Below, one piece after another: positions 44,597-56,880 of a stretch of 64,000 nucleotides of DNA. The first letter of the stretch is position 1. Every line of letters begins with the position of its first letter. A model generated the notes under the pieces. It had not been told where the DNA came from, searched no databases, and worked only from the letters and a program-made list of their open reading frames with translations. Source of the stretch: Eledone cirrhosa (taxonomy: Eukaryota). The stretch is taken from NCBI GenBank assembly GCA_964016885.1, contig OZ024746.1:79484001-79548000 (forward strand). Reading direction: 5' to 3'. The position numbers were made by a program, and so were the translations under genes.

Positions 44597-47500
44597 ATGA
44601 CCTCACTCAGAATAGGCAGCATAAATGCGCGTGGCTTGGGGTCGTCATGGAAGCAGGGTCACCTGCTCAACGACCTCAGGTCACTAAACATAGATGTAGT
44701 GGCCATCAGCGAGACCAGAATCTCCGAAGCACGGGCCTTCGCACCGATCTTCGGCGGCTACGATGTGTACGCATCTCCCAGCCGTCCTGGATCGGGTGGA
44801 GGAGTTGCTGTGCTTTTTCGGAGAGGTTTGGATCTCGCCATACGGGCCATCTTCCTGGACCCAGAGGGTAAGCTGGTGGTGCTGGACGTGACCAGCGGAG
44901 ACGGGCAAGCTTTCAGGCTAGTGGCCGTCTATGCCCCGACAGGAGCAGGGCGGCCTGATTTCTTCCGGCGTCTGGAGACCTTTCTTGGAACGTCCCGCTC
45001 TTTAGTGTTAGTGGGCGACTGGAACGGGATCTTAGATGCACGCTGGGACTGTGTGGGATTAGCGGATAGGGGTGGAGGGTGCAAGAGCCTCACCAACCTG
45101 CTCAGGCGTTTTGAACTGTCTGACAGGTACCGATTGGATTTCCCGAATGTGCCAATGTGGACTTGGACAAACCGCATAGGGTCATCCAGATCATATCTAG
45201 ATAGAGTATTTTGTAGGGAAATAGATAGGTCTAGCATAGGCTGTCCACAATTCAAGATAGTCAGCTACACGGACCACAAATTCGTGATCTGTGTGCTTGA
45301 CTTAGATAGGCTTCATAGACGAGGACCCGGCTACTGGAAGCTAAACGCGTCCTTACCAGCGCGCAAGGCCTACAGAGACCGGATTAGCGAACTAGTTAAG
45401 CGGGCGTTGACGGGGGCCATCGTCAACAACAAGTGGTGGTTTGCTCTGAAAAGAGCGATTAGAATAGAATCGATTAGGTTTAGTAAGGCTTTAGCAATAG
45501 AGAAAAATAGAGCAGAGGGAGAACTAGTTAGAAAATTAGACGAGGCGCTTAGCAAAGGCATTGCGACCGACGTGCTTGCGGCGAAATTGGTTCTTGACCA
45601 ATTCTTCAATGCAAAGCACGAAGGCTGCGTTGTCAGAGCTAGGGTGCGTGCTCTCAGACACGAGGGGACGAAAGCCGTTCAATGGGCCCGAGTAGCGGAG
45701 GCGCGTCGTGGCAACAAAGCCACGATCCGGTCTTTGGTGGACCACGACGGGCGCATGCTACTCGATCCCGGGCAAATGTGTGAAGCTTTTCAGCGACACT
45801 TCGCTCAGCTGTTCGGGGGCAGCGGGGGGCCGGGTAGAGGGATGGACTTTAGTGTCTACCTCGACGGACTGCCGCGGCTCTCGGCCACTGAGGCGAAGTG
45901 TTGCGAAAAGCCGATAACAGCCGCTGAAGTACGGGAGGCAATGACTGGCTGCACAAGGGGTAAATCGCCTGGTTTGGATGGTCTGCCCTATGAACTTTAC
46001 GTACAGATGCCAGACTTGTTCGGAGGCCTCTTGGCGGACGTCTACTGCAACTGGCAACAGAACGGGAGAATTCCCAGTTCTGTGAGCCGAGGAGCGGTGG
46101 CACTGCTGAGAAAGGATCCGAACAAGGGGGATAACATAGACAATTTCCGGCCCATAACTCTGCTAAACACAGAGTTTAAGATTTTGGCCAAGGTGCTAGC
46201 AAAGAGGTTGGCGCTTGTCGTTGGTGGTCTGGTGGGAGAGGCGCAGACATGCGCCATTCCCGACAGATCCATCCACGACAACCTCCACCTCATGCGATAC
46301 ATCGTAGAGAGGGTAGCTAGGGAACCTGGCACGGGTGGGTCCTTGATCAATTTAGATCAGTCGAAAGCTTTCGATAGGGTCGACCATCGTTACCTAGCGG
46401 CAGTCCTGAGGGCGGCTGGCTTTGGGCCCGTCTTCAGAGGCTGGATCGCTGCCATGCACAGCGACATCTGCTCTGTGGTGAGAGTGAACGGTCACCTGTC
46501 GGAACCGTTCAACATCATGCGCTCGGTCCGCCAAGGATGTCCCCTCTCGTCCCTCTTGTACGTATTGACTCTCGAGCCATTACTGCACAAACTGGAGACG
46601 TTGAGGGGAGTCCCGCGCGAACTAGGATGCGGAAGATCCGTGTCAGCATATGCGGACGATGTCACCGTAGTGGTGTCGAACGCCAAACACATCGAGGCGA
46701 TCGGCACTACACTAAGAGAATACGAAGCGGTGACAGGAGCAATGATCAACCAGGAAAAGTCAGTGGGCCTGCAGCTCGGCACCTGGAGAGGCAGGTCCAT
46801 GCCGTCCAACAGCGTCGTCGGGCGCTGGACGGACGGACCGGTTAAATTGCTAGGGGTCTGGTTCGGTCCGGACCTCCAGACGGACAAAAACTGGGACGAG
46901 GTGACGAGCAGGGTGGCTTCTCTCACCCAGAAATGGGCGGAGAGGAAGCTATCCCTGAAAGGTCGAGCGGAGGTGGCTAACGCGTACATCGCGTCTGTCA
47001 TCTGCTACCGCCTAACCGTCGTACCTTGTCCTAAGCCTCGCCTGACTGCGCTGGAGCGTTTGCTCTTTCGCTTTTTGTGGAAGGGACGTGCTCCGATGGT
47101 CAGGCGGTCCATCTGTTGTCAACACCCGCTACGTGGAGGGCTGGGCATGCCGTGGCTGATGATGCGCAGGCACGCGCTCAGGCTACGACATCTCCACCTC
47201 TTCCTCGACGGTGATCAGGTGTGGTCGCCGTTTGCTAGACGCGTTTTTCCCCAGCTCGTTTCCTTGACGGAGCTGCAGTCCTGGGTCAAGCGAAGACCGA
47301 GAGGGAGCGCCTGGAGACTGGAATGTCTTCAGGCGCTCACAGCCCTCGACCAATCGGGCAATGTGATCGGTGGAAACTCCACCTCGGCGTTCTATAGAGG
47401 ATTAGTGGAGGGGAAGAGCGACGACGTACTTGGGGAAACTCTAGGCGTCGACGAAAATCAACTAGCCAATCTCTTCGGAAGAACTTTCGGGCCGGGGCCT

Positions 47501-48016
47501 ATGGACAACTTCCAGAAATCTCTGGCCTGGCAGTGCTACCGAGGAGCCTTGCCAGTTCGGGATAAACTCTACAGGCATGGAGGTGCCGTCAGCCGGGCAT
47601 GTCCGAGATGCGCGCAGGGCGACGAAACCGTCCTGCACGCACTCGTCCAGTGTCCGAAAATTGCTGACTTGTGGGTTTATGTCGAACACCTGCTGTCGCG
47701 TTTAGGACGGATCCAGCTATCATCTGAGTCCATCGTGAGGATTGCCCCGCCCTCCTCCTTTAGCCGGGAAGGGCAGGCAGTTTTTATCTGTCTGGTGGCC
47801 ATGGCGAAAGAGATAGTATGGTGGACACGTTTGAAAGGGCTGAAGACGAGCACTTACCTCTTCGGTGATGCTCTGATTGACTTTTTCAAATTTCATTTGA
47901 AAAGGAAAATCAGAGTAGAGAGGGAAGTGCTCTCTTCCCAGCATTTTGTTGAAAGATGGGTGAGAGAAGCAAGAATGGCCCGAGTGAATGGGCCGACTCT
48001 GAGTATATATCTGTAA
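44597..48016 (+). CDS. LINE ORF2p: AP endonuclease + reverse transcriptase + C-terminal Zn finger
   Basis: SINARGL, SET, VYAP, GDWN, YLDR, TDH; KSPGLDG, FRPITLLN, DQSKAFDRV, RQGCPLS, YADD; CPRC..ETVLH....C. Confidence 0.97.
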   Translation: MTSLRIGSINARGLGSSWKQGHLLNDLRSLNIDVVAISETRISEARAFAPIFGGYDVYASPSRPGSGGGVAVLFRRGLDLAIRAIFLDPEGKLVVLDVTSGDGQAFRLVAVYAPTGAGRPDFFRRLETFLGTSRSLVLVGDWNGILDARWDCVGLADRGGGCKSLTNLLRRFELSDRYRLDFPNVPMWTWTNRIGSSRSYLDRVFCREIDRSSIGCPQFKIVSYTDHKFVICVLDLDRLHRRGPGYWKLNASLPARKAYRDRISELVKRALTGAIVNNKWWFALKRAIRIESIRFSKALAIEKNRAEGELVRKLDEALSKGIATDVLAAKLVLDQFFNAKHEGCVVRARVRALRHEGTKAVQWARVAEARRGNKATIRSLVDHDGRMLLDPGQMCEAFQRHFAQLFGGSGGPGRGMDFSVYLDGLPRLSATEAKCCEKPITAAEVREAMTGCTRGKSPGLDGLPYELYVQMPDLFGGLLADVYCNWQQNGRIPSSVSRGAVALLRKDPNKGDNIDNFRPITLLNTEFKILAKVLAKRLALVVGGLVGEAQTCAIPDRSIHDNLHLMRYIVERVAREPGTGGSLINLDQSKAFDRVDHRYLAAVLRAAGFGPVFRGWIAAMHSDICSVVRVNGHLSEPFNIMRSVRQGCPLSSLLYVLTLEPLLHKLETLRGVPRELGCGRSVSAYADDVTVVVSNAKHIEAIGTTLREYEAVTGAMINQEKSVGLQLGTWRGRSMPSNSVVGRWTDGPVKLLGVWFGPDLQTDKNWDEVTSRVASLTQKWAERKLSLKGRAEVANAYIASVICYRLTVVPCPKPRLTALERLLFRFLWKGRAPMVRRSICCQHPLRGGLGMPWLMMRRHALRLRHLHLFLDGDQVWSPFARRVFPQLVSLTELQSWVKRRPRGSAWRLECLQALTALDQSGNVIGGNSTSAFYRGLVEGKSDDVLGETLGVDENQLANLFGRTFGPGPMDNFQKSLAWQCYRGALPVRDKLYRHGGAVSRACPRCAQGDETVLHALVQCPKIADLWVYVEHLLSRLGRIQLSSESIVRIAPPSSFSREGQAVFICLVAMAKEIVWWTRLKGLKTSTYLFGDALIDFFKFHLKRKIRVEREVLSSQHFVERWVREARMARVNGPTLSIYL

Positions 48017-48327
48017 ACTAAAGGTGGAAAACTGGGAGAGGGCACTTGCCTTGGTGGTCAGGGTCATTGTGGCTTTTTACTGGGCTTTCTCCACAAATGT
48101 CCCTCCGAAGTCTCCCCCCTATTGGGGAATTTTTCATTGTTATTTTCATTGTTATTTTTGTTACATCCTCTGTTTTTGTTTTTTTACACGCAGAAATGCC
48201 CATTTGTACCGTCCTGCATTGTCCTGCACTGTCCTTAATGTCTACTTTATGTAAACCCTTGTGGTTAATAAAGAAATCATTATTATTATTATTATTCTTA
48301 TTATTATTATTATTATTATTATTATTC

Positions 48328-48362
<35 letters not shown>

Positions 48363-48384
48363 GTTATTCTTCTTCTTCTTCTTC

Positions 48385-48416
<32 letters not shown>

Positions 48417-48438
48417 GTTATTCTTCTTCTTCTTCTTC

Positions 48439-48476
<38 letters not shown>

Positions 48477-48855
48477 GTTATTCTTCTTCTTCTTCTTCTT
48501 CTTCTTATTATTATTATTATTATTATTATTGTTGTTATTATTATTATCATTATTATTAACAATAATGATAATAATGATGATAATGATGATGATGATGATG
48601 ATGACGATGATGACAATACAGTTATTGTTATTACTATCATTCTTTTTATTCCTGTTTGTTATAATTATCTGTGTTATTGTTATACTTGTGTTACTTGTTA
48701 TTGTTGTCATTATTGTTGTTGATGGTGCTATGTTAATTATTGTTATTTGTTATAATTTGTTATTTATTATTCTTTAGAGATCGGTTTCTAATTTAAAATG
48801 AAAATTTTATAATTTCAATACTTCTGAAACACATAAATATATATATATATATGTT

Positions 48856-49008
<153 letters not shown>

Positions 49009-49053
49009 ATATATGTATGTATGTAACTATACATTTATATATATATATATGTG

Positions 49054-49152
<99 letters not shown>

Positions 49153-49182
49153 TAAATATATACATATAAATATATATATATG

Positions 49183-49214
<32 letters not shown>

Positions 49215-49863
49215 GTGTGTGTGTGTGTATATATTATATATCATATATCACATACAGAACTATATTAACATAATAACAGAAAAAATATCTTATTGTCTAT
49301 AAGTGTCATAAATTTTCATAAGCAATCAGCTTACTTGTTAAAATAATTACTTTTCAAATGAACTACTTTCATTCATTTTCTTTTGTTTGTTCTTTGATAT
49401 TTACCTCCCCTATCCCCTCCTTCCATCCTTCTCAACATTTTGGTTGTATGTATATATATGTGTAAGTTCGGTTTCTTCGGTTTGCGGGAGATGCAATATT
49501 TATTCATTCTCTTGTGTCTCCATGGTAACTATCAGTGAGAAGAAACCTTTCATTGAAATTATCTACAATTTCAAAAAACGTTAACGAGGGAGACACAGTA
49601 AATATTTATATTTATCTATTTTCTTCCAATCTTAGATTTCTTTAAAATATTTATTCTTTGTTGTATGTATGTATGTATGTATTTATGTATGTATGTATGT
49701 ATGTATGTATGTATGTATGTATGTATGTATGTATGTATGTATGTATGTATGTATGTATGTATGTATGTATTCACACAGACGCACACACACACGCATATAC
49801 ATACACACACATATATATATATATAAATATATACATACAGATATATAGAAATATATACATACA

Positions 49864-49943
<80 letters not shown>

Positions 49944-50236
49944 TCATGTGTGTGTATATATATATATGTGTGTGTGTGTGTGCGTATATATATATACATA
50001 CACACAAATAAATACATACATATTAATAATGACATATATATATATATATCTGTATGTATATATATATATGTCTGTATGTATTATATATATATATATATAT
50101 ATATGCATATATATACATAAATATATATAAATATAAATATAAATTAATATAAATATAAATATATATATGTATATTTATATATATATATATATATATAGTA
50201 TAAAAAAACGAAAAATCAGTGATGCATCTGAATTAT

Positions 50237-50275
<39 letters not shown>

Positions 50276-50280
50276 TATAT

Positions 50281-50315
<35 letters not shown>

Positions 50316-50337
50316 AATGAATATAAATGAATAATTG

Positions 50338-50388
<51 letters not shown>

Positions 50389-50781
50389 ACAATTATTCAT
50401 TTTTGTTTTCATTTCTGCTTTACTTACTTTTTAAAATGTATTTTATCTTTTTCCCTTTTGTGTTGTATTTTTTTAACATTTTATGTCTTGATGATGTATG
50501 TTGAGTGTTGTGTTTATAATCCTACTCATGATTGGCTTTTGTTCACATATATCTTGAGATATTTAATTAGACATTTCATATATATGTTTCAGCCTTTGTT
50601 TACACATATATATATTTATATACACATATATATATTTATTTTGTGCACACTTTCTTTACAACGTTTCATTGACTTTATTGCATAAAAATTATGAAGAAAA
50701 CCGTAACACATCTATTCATTGCTCTTCTCATACATATTTGTAGTTGTTTGACATTTCACACGCACATATGCACACACATTT

Positions 50782-50896
<115 letters not shown>

Positions 50897-50920
50897 ATAT
50901 ATATATATATATATGTATAC

Positions 50921-50968
<48 letters not shown>

Positions 50969-51190
50969 AATTAAGTTAAAGATGTACATCCATATATGTA
51001 TACTGAAATACTAGTATGTATATGAATACACACACGTATACATATGTAGATGTACCAAGTTTTTTCACTGGTCACTTTACTGTGAGTGGCCAGCTATTCT
51101 GTATGTAAACACACAGACAAACCGGTTTTTAGAGTCATACTGGTTTTTGAGGAAACACCTTTCCTCTATTCTCCAGAAAGCCAGACAAGG

Positions 51191-51235
51191 AATATTGAAC
51201 TAGTTTCGTTGTTGTTACAACTCATCAGCAATATT
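51191..51235 (-). ncRNA. Minimal type I hammerhead ribozyme
   Basis: Reverse complement of 51826-51870. Confidence 0.9.
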
Positions 51236-51825
51236 TACCTATCTTCCGGCCTCTCTAGAGAATCGTAAAAGCACATATCGTTATATGCTTTTTCTATGAA
51301 AATTAGTAGTGGGCAGACTAATTTGCATAGAGTGTGAGTAAGTACCGGTTCAACGGAGACGATAAAAACAAATAACGAAACGAAATTAAATTTCGTTTCA
51401 TTTGTAACTCACTTTTGTATGACTGACGCTTAAACAATTAAGTTAAAGATGTACATCCATATATGTATACTGAAATACTAGTATGTATATGAATACACAC
51501 ACGTATACATATGTAGATGTACCAAGTTTTTTCACTGGTCACTTTACTGTGAGTGGCCAGCTATTCTGTATGTAAACACACAGACAAACCGGTTTTTAGA
51601 GTCATACTGGTTTTTGAGGAAACACCTTTCCTCTATTCTCCAGAAAGCCAGACAAGGAATATTGAACTAGTTTAATTTCGTTTCGTTATTTGTTTTTATC
51701 GTCTCCGTTGAACCGGTACTTACTCACACTCTATGCAAATTAGTCTGCCCACTACTAATTTTCATAGAAAAAGCATATAACGATATGTGCTTTTACGATT
51801 CTCTAGAGAGGCCGGAAGATAGGTA

Positions 51826-51870
51826 AATATTGCTGATGAGTTGTAACAACAACGAAACTAGTTCAATATT
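51826..51870 (+). ncRNA. Minimal type I hammerhead ribozyme
   Basis: AATATTG CTGATGA GTTGT aaca ACAAC GAAAC TA GTT CAATATT. Perfect 7-bp stem I, 5-bp stem II and palindromic stem III. Predicted cleavage after 51863. Confidence 0.92.
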
Positions 51871-52292
51871 CCTTGTCTGGCTTTCTGGAGAATAGAGGAA
51901 AGGTGTTTCCTCAAAAACCAGTATGACTCTAAAAACCGGTTTGTCTGTGTGTTTACATACAGAATAGCTGGCCACTCACAGTAAAGTGACCAGTGAAAAA
52001 ACTTGGTACATCTACATATGTATACGTGTGTGTATTCATATACATACTAGTATTTCAGTATACATATATGGATGTACATCTTTAACTTAATTGTTTAAGC
52101 GTCAGTCATACAAAAGTGAGTTACAAATGAAACGAAATTTAATTTCGTTTCGTTATTTGTTTTTATCGTCTCCGTTGAACCGGTACTTACTCACACTCTA
52201 TGCAAATTAGTCTGCCCACTACTAATTTTCATAGAAAAAGCATATAACGATATGTGCTTTTACGATTCTCTAGAGAGGCCGGAAGATAGGTA

Positions 52293-52337
52293 AATATTGC
52301 TGATGAGTTGTAACAACAACGAAACTAGTTCAATATT
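52293..52337 (+). ncRNA. Minimal type I hammerhead ribozyme (next tandem copy)
   Basis: Same motif 467 bp downstream. Confidence 0.92.
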
Positions 52338-52626
52338 CCTTGTCTGGCTTTCTGGAGAATAGAGGAAAGGTGTTTCCTCAAAAACCAGTATGACTCTAAA
52401 AACCGGTTTGTCTGTGTGTTTACATACAGAATAGCTGGCCACTCACAGTAAAGTGACCAGTGAAAAAACTTGGTACATCTACATATGTATACGTGTGTGT
52501 ATTCATATACATACTAGTATTTCAGTATACATATATGGATGTACATCTTTAACTTAATTGTTTAAGCGTCAGTCATACAAAAGTGAGTTACAAATGAAAC
52601 GAAATTTAATTTCGTTTCGTTATTTG

Positions 52627-52665
<39 letters not shown>

Positions 52666-52674
52666 CATATATAC

Positions 52675-52734
<60 letters not shown>

Positions 52735-52743
52735 CATATATAC

Positions 52744-52807
<64 letters not shown>

Positions 52808-52810
<3 letters not shown>

Positions 52811-53013
52811 AACGAGTAGGACCCCGACGGCTGAGCTCAAGCCGTTTCGACGGCTAATTCTGGACTAAAATTTTAGTCCAGAATTAGCCGTCGAAACGGC
52901 TTCAGCTCAACCGTCGGGGTCCTACTCGTTCCTATTACACACTCTACTACCCTAAGTATTGAGTACTTTGGTGCGTTATGGTCCACCTGGTTCCTTACTA
53001 CATTTCCTTCTTT
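52808..53013. mobile_element. Family H copy 3 (opposite orientation)
   Basis: Palindrome 52807-52934 centred on 52870/52871. The long arm is homologous to the reverse complement of 14014-14100. Confidence 0.87.
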
Positions 53014-55145
53014 ATATATATATATATATATATAAACATATATATCCATATATATATATGCATATATATATATATGTGTGTATATATATATATATCTATG
53101 CTCACGCGCGTATGGCCACACACACACACATGTGTATGTGTGTTCGTGTGTGTATGTGTGTGATTCTACATCTTAGTTTCTATACGTATTCAAGACTTTG
53201 TCTATATGCACACCTTTCAGTTTCATATTCTATATGTATAGTATATATAATTTTTCTTTAACTTTTAGTACAAAAACTTAAACATGTCTAACACCTCGTG
53301 TTAGAAGTATAATTGGTGTGATGTATGATTGTCATATGTAAGGTAAATACGTCTATGTATCCGGATTTATACCATTCGTCTCATTTACTATGATCTATAT
53401 ACATTTATTTCCCACACAGTTCAAATGTTTAGTTAGTTTACCATTGTATATTGATTTTTAAATTAGGCACAATAGGGTAGCATATATTAGTAAGGCTGGA
53501 AAGCTAAAGTGAATACGTGACTTTCATGCTTTTCCAACATTAGTTGAACAAAAATATTTTACCAGTGTTGTGGGCATTTAATCTATGTTCTAAGAGGTTC
53601 GCCACACTTGGAAGTGAATACGTATTCCTATAAAAGTCATTACGTTAATGCTAACTATTGCTCTAACAGTGTGTTCTGTGCAGAGATATAAACACGTTTT
53701 ACTCTAATAGACATTTCTTAACGAGTGTATAACGAGGGGAGAAACATCTAAGTGTAGAATATCTGAACATATAGTGTGAGTAAGGAAATCAAATTTCTCT
53801 AATTTTACGGATTTAAATTCTGGTAATTGATAGAGAACTAAATTGGAAATTTAGAGAAAAAAAATCAAAGAAGCAGTACATGAAATGCTTCTTGATAATC
53901 CAATCAGTACAGTGCTGACATCAGCTCAATATGGGTAACTTTGCTGACAATTAAATATAAATAACATAACGTTATGGCTGTGTGTCCTTTTGGGTACAAA
54001 CATGATTAACATTAGCTCAAATGAAAGCGACAGAATGGCAGAGACGTTGGAGATGTCAAATTAAGTGTCTTCGTATTTATTCCAGCTCACTGTTCACTAT
54101 GTTCAAATTCGCCGAGTTTAAATTTGCCTTTCATCTTTTGGGGTTCGAAAAATAAATTCCCAGTCCAGGAATGGTGAATTATCAGAATTGTTAATTGTCT
54201 CTCCTCTTTTCGTATTTGTTGATAATGTTCACTAGCCACAGTTTTTCCCTAATTGAGTAGACATCCGAGTGGGGATGGGATGTTTGGCGGTATCTAAACC
54301 ATGTCTGTTGGTTCTGAGTTCAGATCTCACCTCCTCCCAGCAATTGCGACTGGCATATAATTATAAGCTTGTAATAGAAGTGCCTTCACCTTACCAAAGA
54401 ATTGTATGAAACACAACGACAACGAATTCAGTCCTGAAATATGTACACAAGAATAAGATAGTTTGAAGATGATAATTGATTTAACAGATCTAAACGGTAG
54501 GAATGAAAATATTAACAAATTTTTCATCTCTACAACTGAGGATAATATTCTGAAAATTATAATCTTATTAAAAGAACTCGTCTTATTTCACTATATTGTC
54601 TCGTATTAAAGACTAAAGTTTTTAATATGAGGCAGTATAGATAATGGTGAGGGATTGTCTTTTAATCTTTTATTGGTTTCAGCCATTAGACTGTGACCAT
54701 GCTGGGGCACTGCCTTAATGAACATAGTTTTAAATTGCTCCATGGTGATAGATGTCTACATTCAGTAGACCAGACTTACCCAAGGCCAGCCTTAATCGAG
54801 CAAGTATACGCTCATATACACCTAAATCGTGATTGCTCACATGTTTATAGATATGTCTACACTGACTTTGTGTGTTTCCATTGAAAAAAAAAAAAAAAAT
54901 GGATGTCATTTCCAGCAGGTCGAGTGACCATGTCGAGGCTCACTCTTTATCTTACATGTTTAAATATTAAAATAACCGGTGGTGACACTACCGACACAAC
55001 CAGTCCCATCTAGTTTATCATACTAGCCGCACCCATTATATTTGCTCTCTATACTGTGTCATGTAATAATCATTCCCATTTGCGTGACGAGCGTCAATCG
55101 GCGAAACTCAACGTAGTCACAGAAATTAATTTGATATAACGTAAT

Positions 55146-55325
55146 AGAGTTGCTTCTACTATAGGCACAATGCCAGCACTTTTGAGGGAGGGGAAAGTCA
55201 ATGATATCGACACCAGTGTGTGACTGGTACTTTAATTTATCGACCCCATAAGGATGAAAGGCAAAGCTAAACACGGCGGGATTGGAACCTAGAATGTAAA
55301 GGGCCGTAACTCTATGCCGCGAAGT
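55146..55325 (-). mobile_element. SINE family A
   Basis: gactggtactttaatttatcgaccccataaggatgaaaggcaaag..ggcgggattggaac. Confidence 0.85.
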
Positions 55326-55466
55326 ATGTATGTATGATGAACGTACGGATGTATGTATGTATGTAAGTATATATGCACACACATTTTATATATATGTATA
55401 TATATATATATGTATGTATACCTGTATATATATGCGCGTATATATATATATATATATATATATATA

Positions 55467-56405
55467 CAAGTTCGCGTGGCCTCCTGCCTCTTCGGTCTCG
55501 CAATTAGCCTTGGCAAGACTGAGGTCCTGTTCCAGCCTTCACCTGCCTCCGTCACCCATCCTCCTTCCATCTCCATCGGAGGCACCCAGCTAAAGACGGT
55601 GAACGACTTCAAGTACCTCGGCAGTGTCATCAGCAGCGATGGAAGCCTCGACAAGGAGATAAACACCAGGATCTGCAAGGCCAGTCAAACCCTTGGCCGC
55701 CTGAGGACACGCGTCTTGAACCACCACAACATCAGGTAGTCCACCAAGCTCAAGGTGTACAGGGCCGTTGTTTTCACCAACCTCCTCTACGGATGTGAAA
55801 CATGGACCCTGTACAGAAGGCACCTGAAGCAGCTGGAACGGTTCCACATGCGCAGTCTGCGGTTAATCATGCACATCAAATGGCAGGACAAGGTCTCCAA
55901 CCTCGAAGTTCTTGACATGGCTGAGATAACCAGTGTAGAAGCTATGATAGTGAAGAGCCGACTTCGATGGGTGGGACATGTCATCCCGATAGACGATCAC
56001 AGGCTTCCGAAGCAACTGATGTATGGGGAACTCTGTTCGGGGAAACGAAAGCGGGCCAGGCCTTTCAAGAGGTTCAATGTTTGCGGGAAGTGCAGTATCA
56101 ACAACACTGGAATCGCCCCAAAACAACTCGAGTCCCATGCTCAGGACAGGACTGAGTGGCGAGCCCTTACCAGACGCGCCAAGGACTCTTTTGAAGAGAA
56201 GAGACGGGCAGAAGTCACTGATGCCCGTGAAAGGAGGAGAAAGGCATCAACAGCTGCCCCAAGCAACTCCGGTCTCTTCCCCTGCCCCCACTGTCCCCGG
56301 ACCTGCAAGTCAAGGTTCGGCCTCCACAGCCACCTTCGTGCCCACGGCAGACGGGAACTAAAATAAAGAAGATGTCATCATCGTTCACGATGGACAACCA
56401 AGAAG
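55467..56405 (+). mobile_element. 5'-truncated RTE-clade LINE in (TA)n
   Basis: FGLAISLGKTEV, FKYLGS, LLYGCETW, RLRWVGH and CPHC..H...H, with one in-frame stop. Short 3' UTR catcatcgttcacgatgg and an aga tail. Confidence 0.93.
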
Positions 56406-56446
56406 ATATATTTATGTATGTATAGATAGATAGATAGATGCTATAA

Positions 56447-56627
56447 TAATTTTTTCTACATTTGGCACAAGGCCAGCAAATACTCAGTACATTACTGGTA
56501 CTTTATTTTATGGACCCCCGTAAGGATGAAAGGCAAAGTTAACCTCGGCGGGATTTGAACTCAGATCGTAAAGGGACGTAACTATGCTGGAAAGCATGGC
56601 GTCCGACCCTCTACCAATACTGCCAAT
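56447..56627 (-). mobile_element. SINE family A
   Basis: Reverse complement of the 30117-30300 pattern. Confidence 0.88.
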
Positions 56628-56773
56628 AATGTTTATAGATAGATGCTATAAACGTAGAACCCTGTACACTTTGACTATAAATGTTTCATATTTTTCGTAG
56701 CCTGAGAATTTAACCTCGTAATCGTAATCTGTTCCTTAATGTTTCAAGTCACACACACACACACACATATACT

Positions 56774-56880
<107 letters not shown>

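Larger units (their letters stand above)
42256..48278 (+). mobile_element. Apparently full-length Tx1/L1-clade non-LTR retrotransposon in a (TTA)n array
   Basis: 5' UTR, two uninterrupted ORFs and a 3' UTR ending in aataaagaaa. (TTA)n lies immediately on both sides. Confidence 0.95.
50965..52630. mobile_element. Tandem 467-bp non-coding HHR-bearing element (retrozyme-like) in head-to-head inversion inside (TA)n
   Basis: 50965-51673 holds ~1.5 units in one orientation and 51671-52630 holds ~2.05 units in the other. No differences between copies were noticed. Confidence 0.93.

Noticed and set aside
49255-49600. Possible decayed Penelope 3' end with a tgtgtctcc..ggagacaca stem
   Set aside because: The catalytic core is absent and the peptide resemblance is marginal.
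51086-51268. 60-aa ORF repeated three times
   Set aside because: It has a GTG start, runs antisense to the ribozyme and has no motif. It recurs only because the unit is repeated.
50965-52630. Idea that the inversions are sequencing fold-back artefacts
   Set aside because: Not excluded for this seemingly identical copy. However, similar structures elsewhere have diverged arms and end at (TA)n, which favours real biology.
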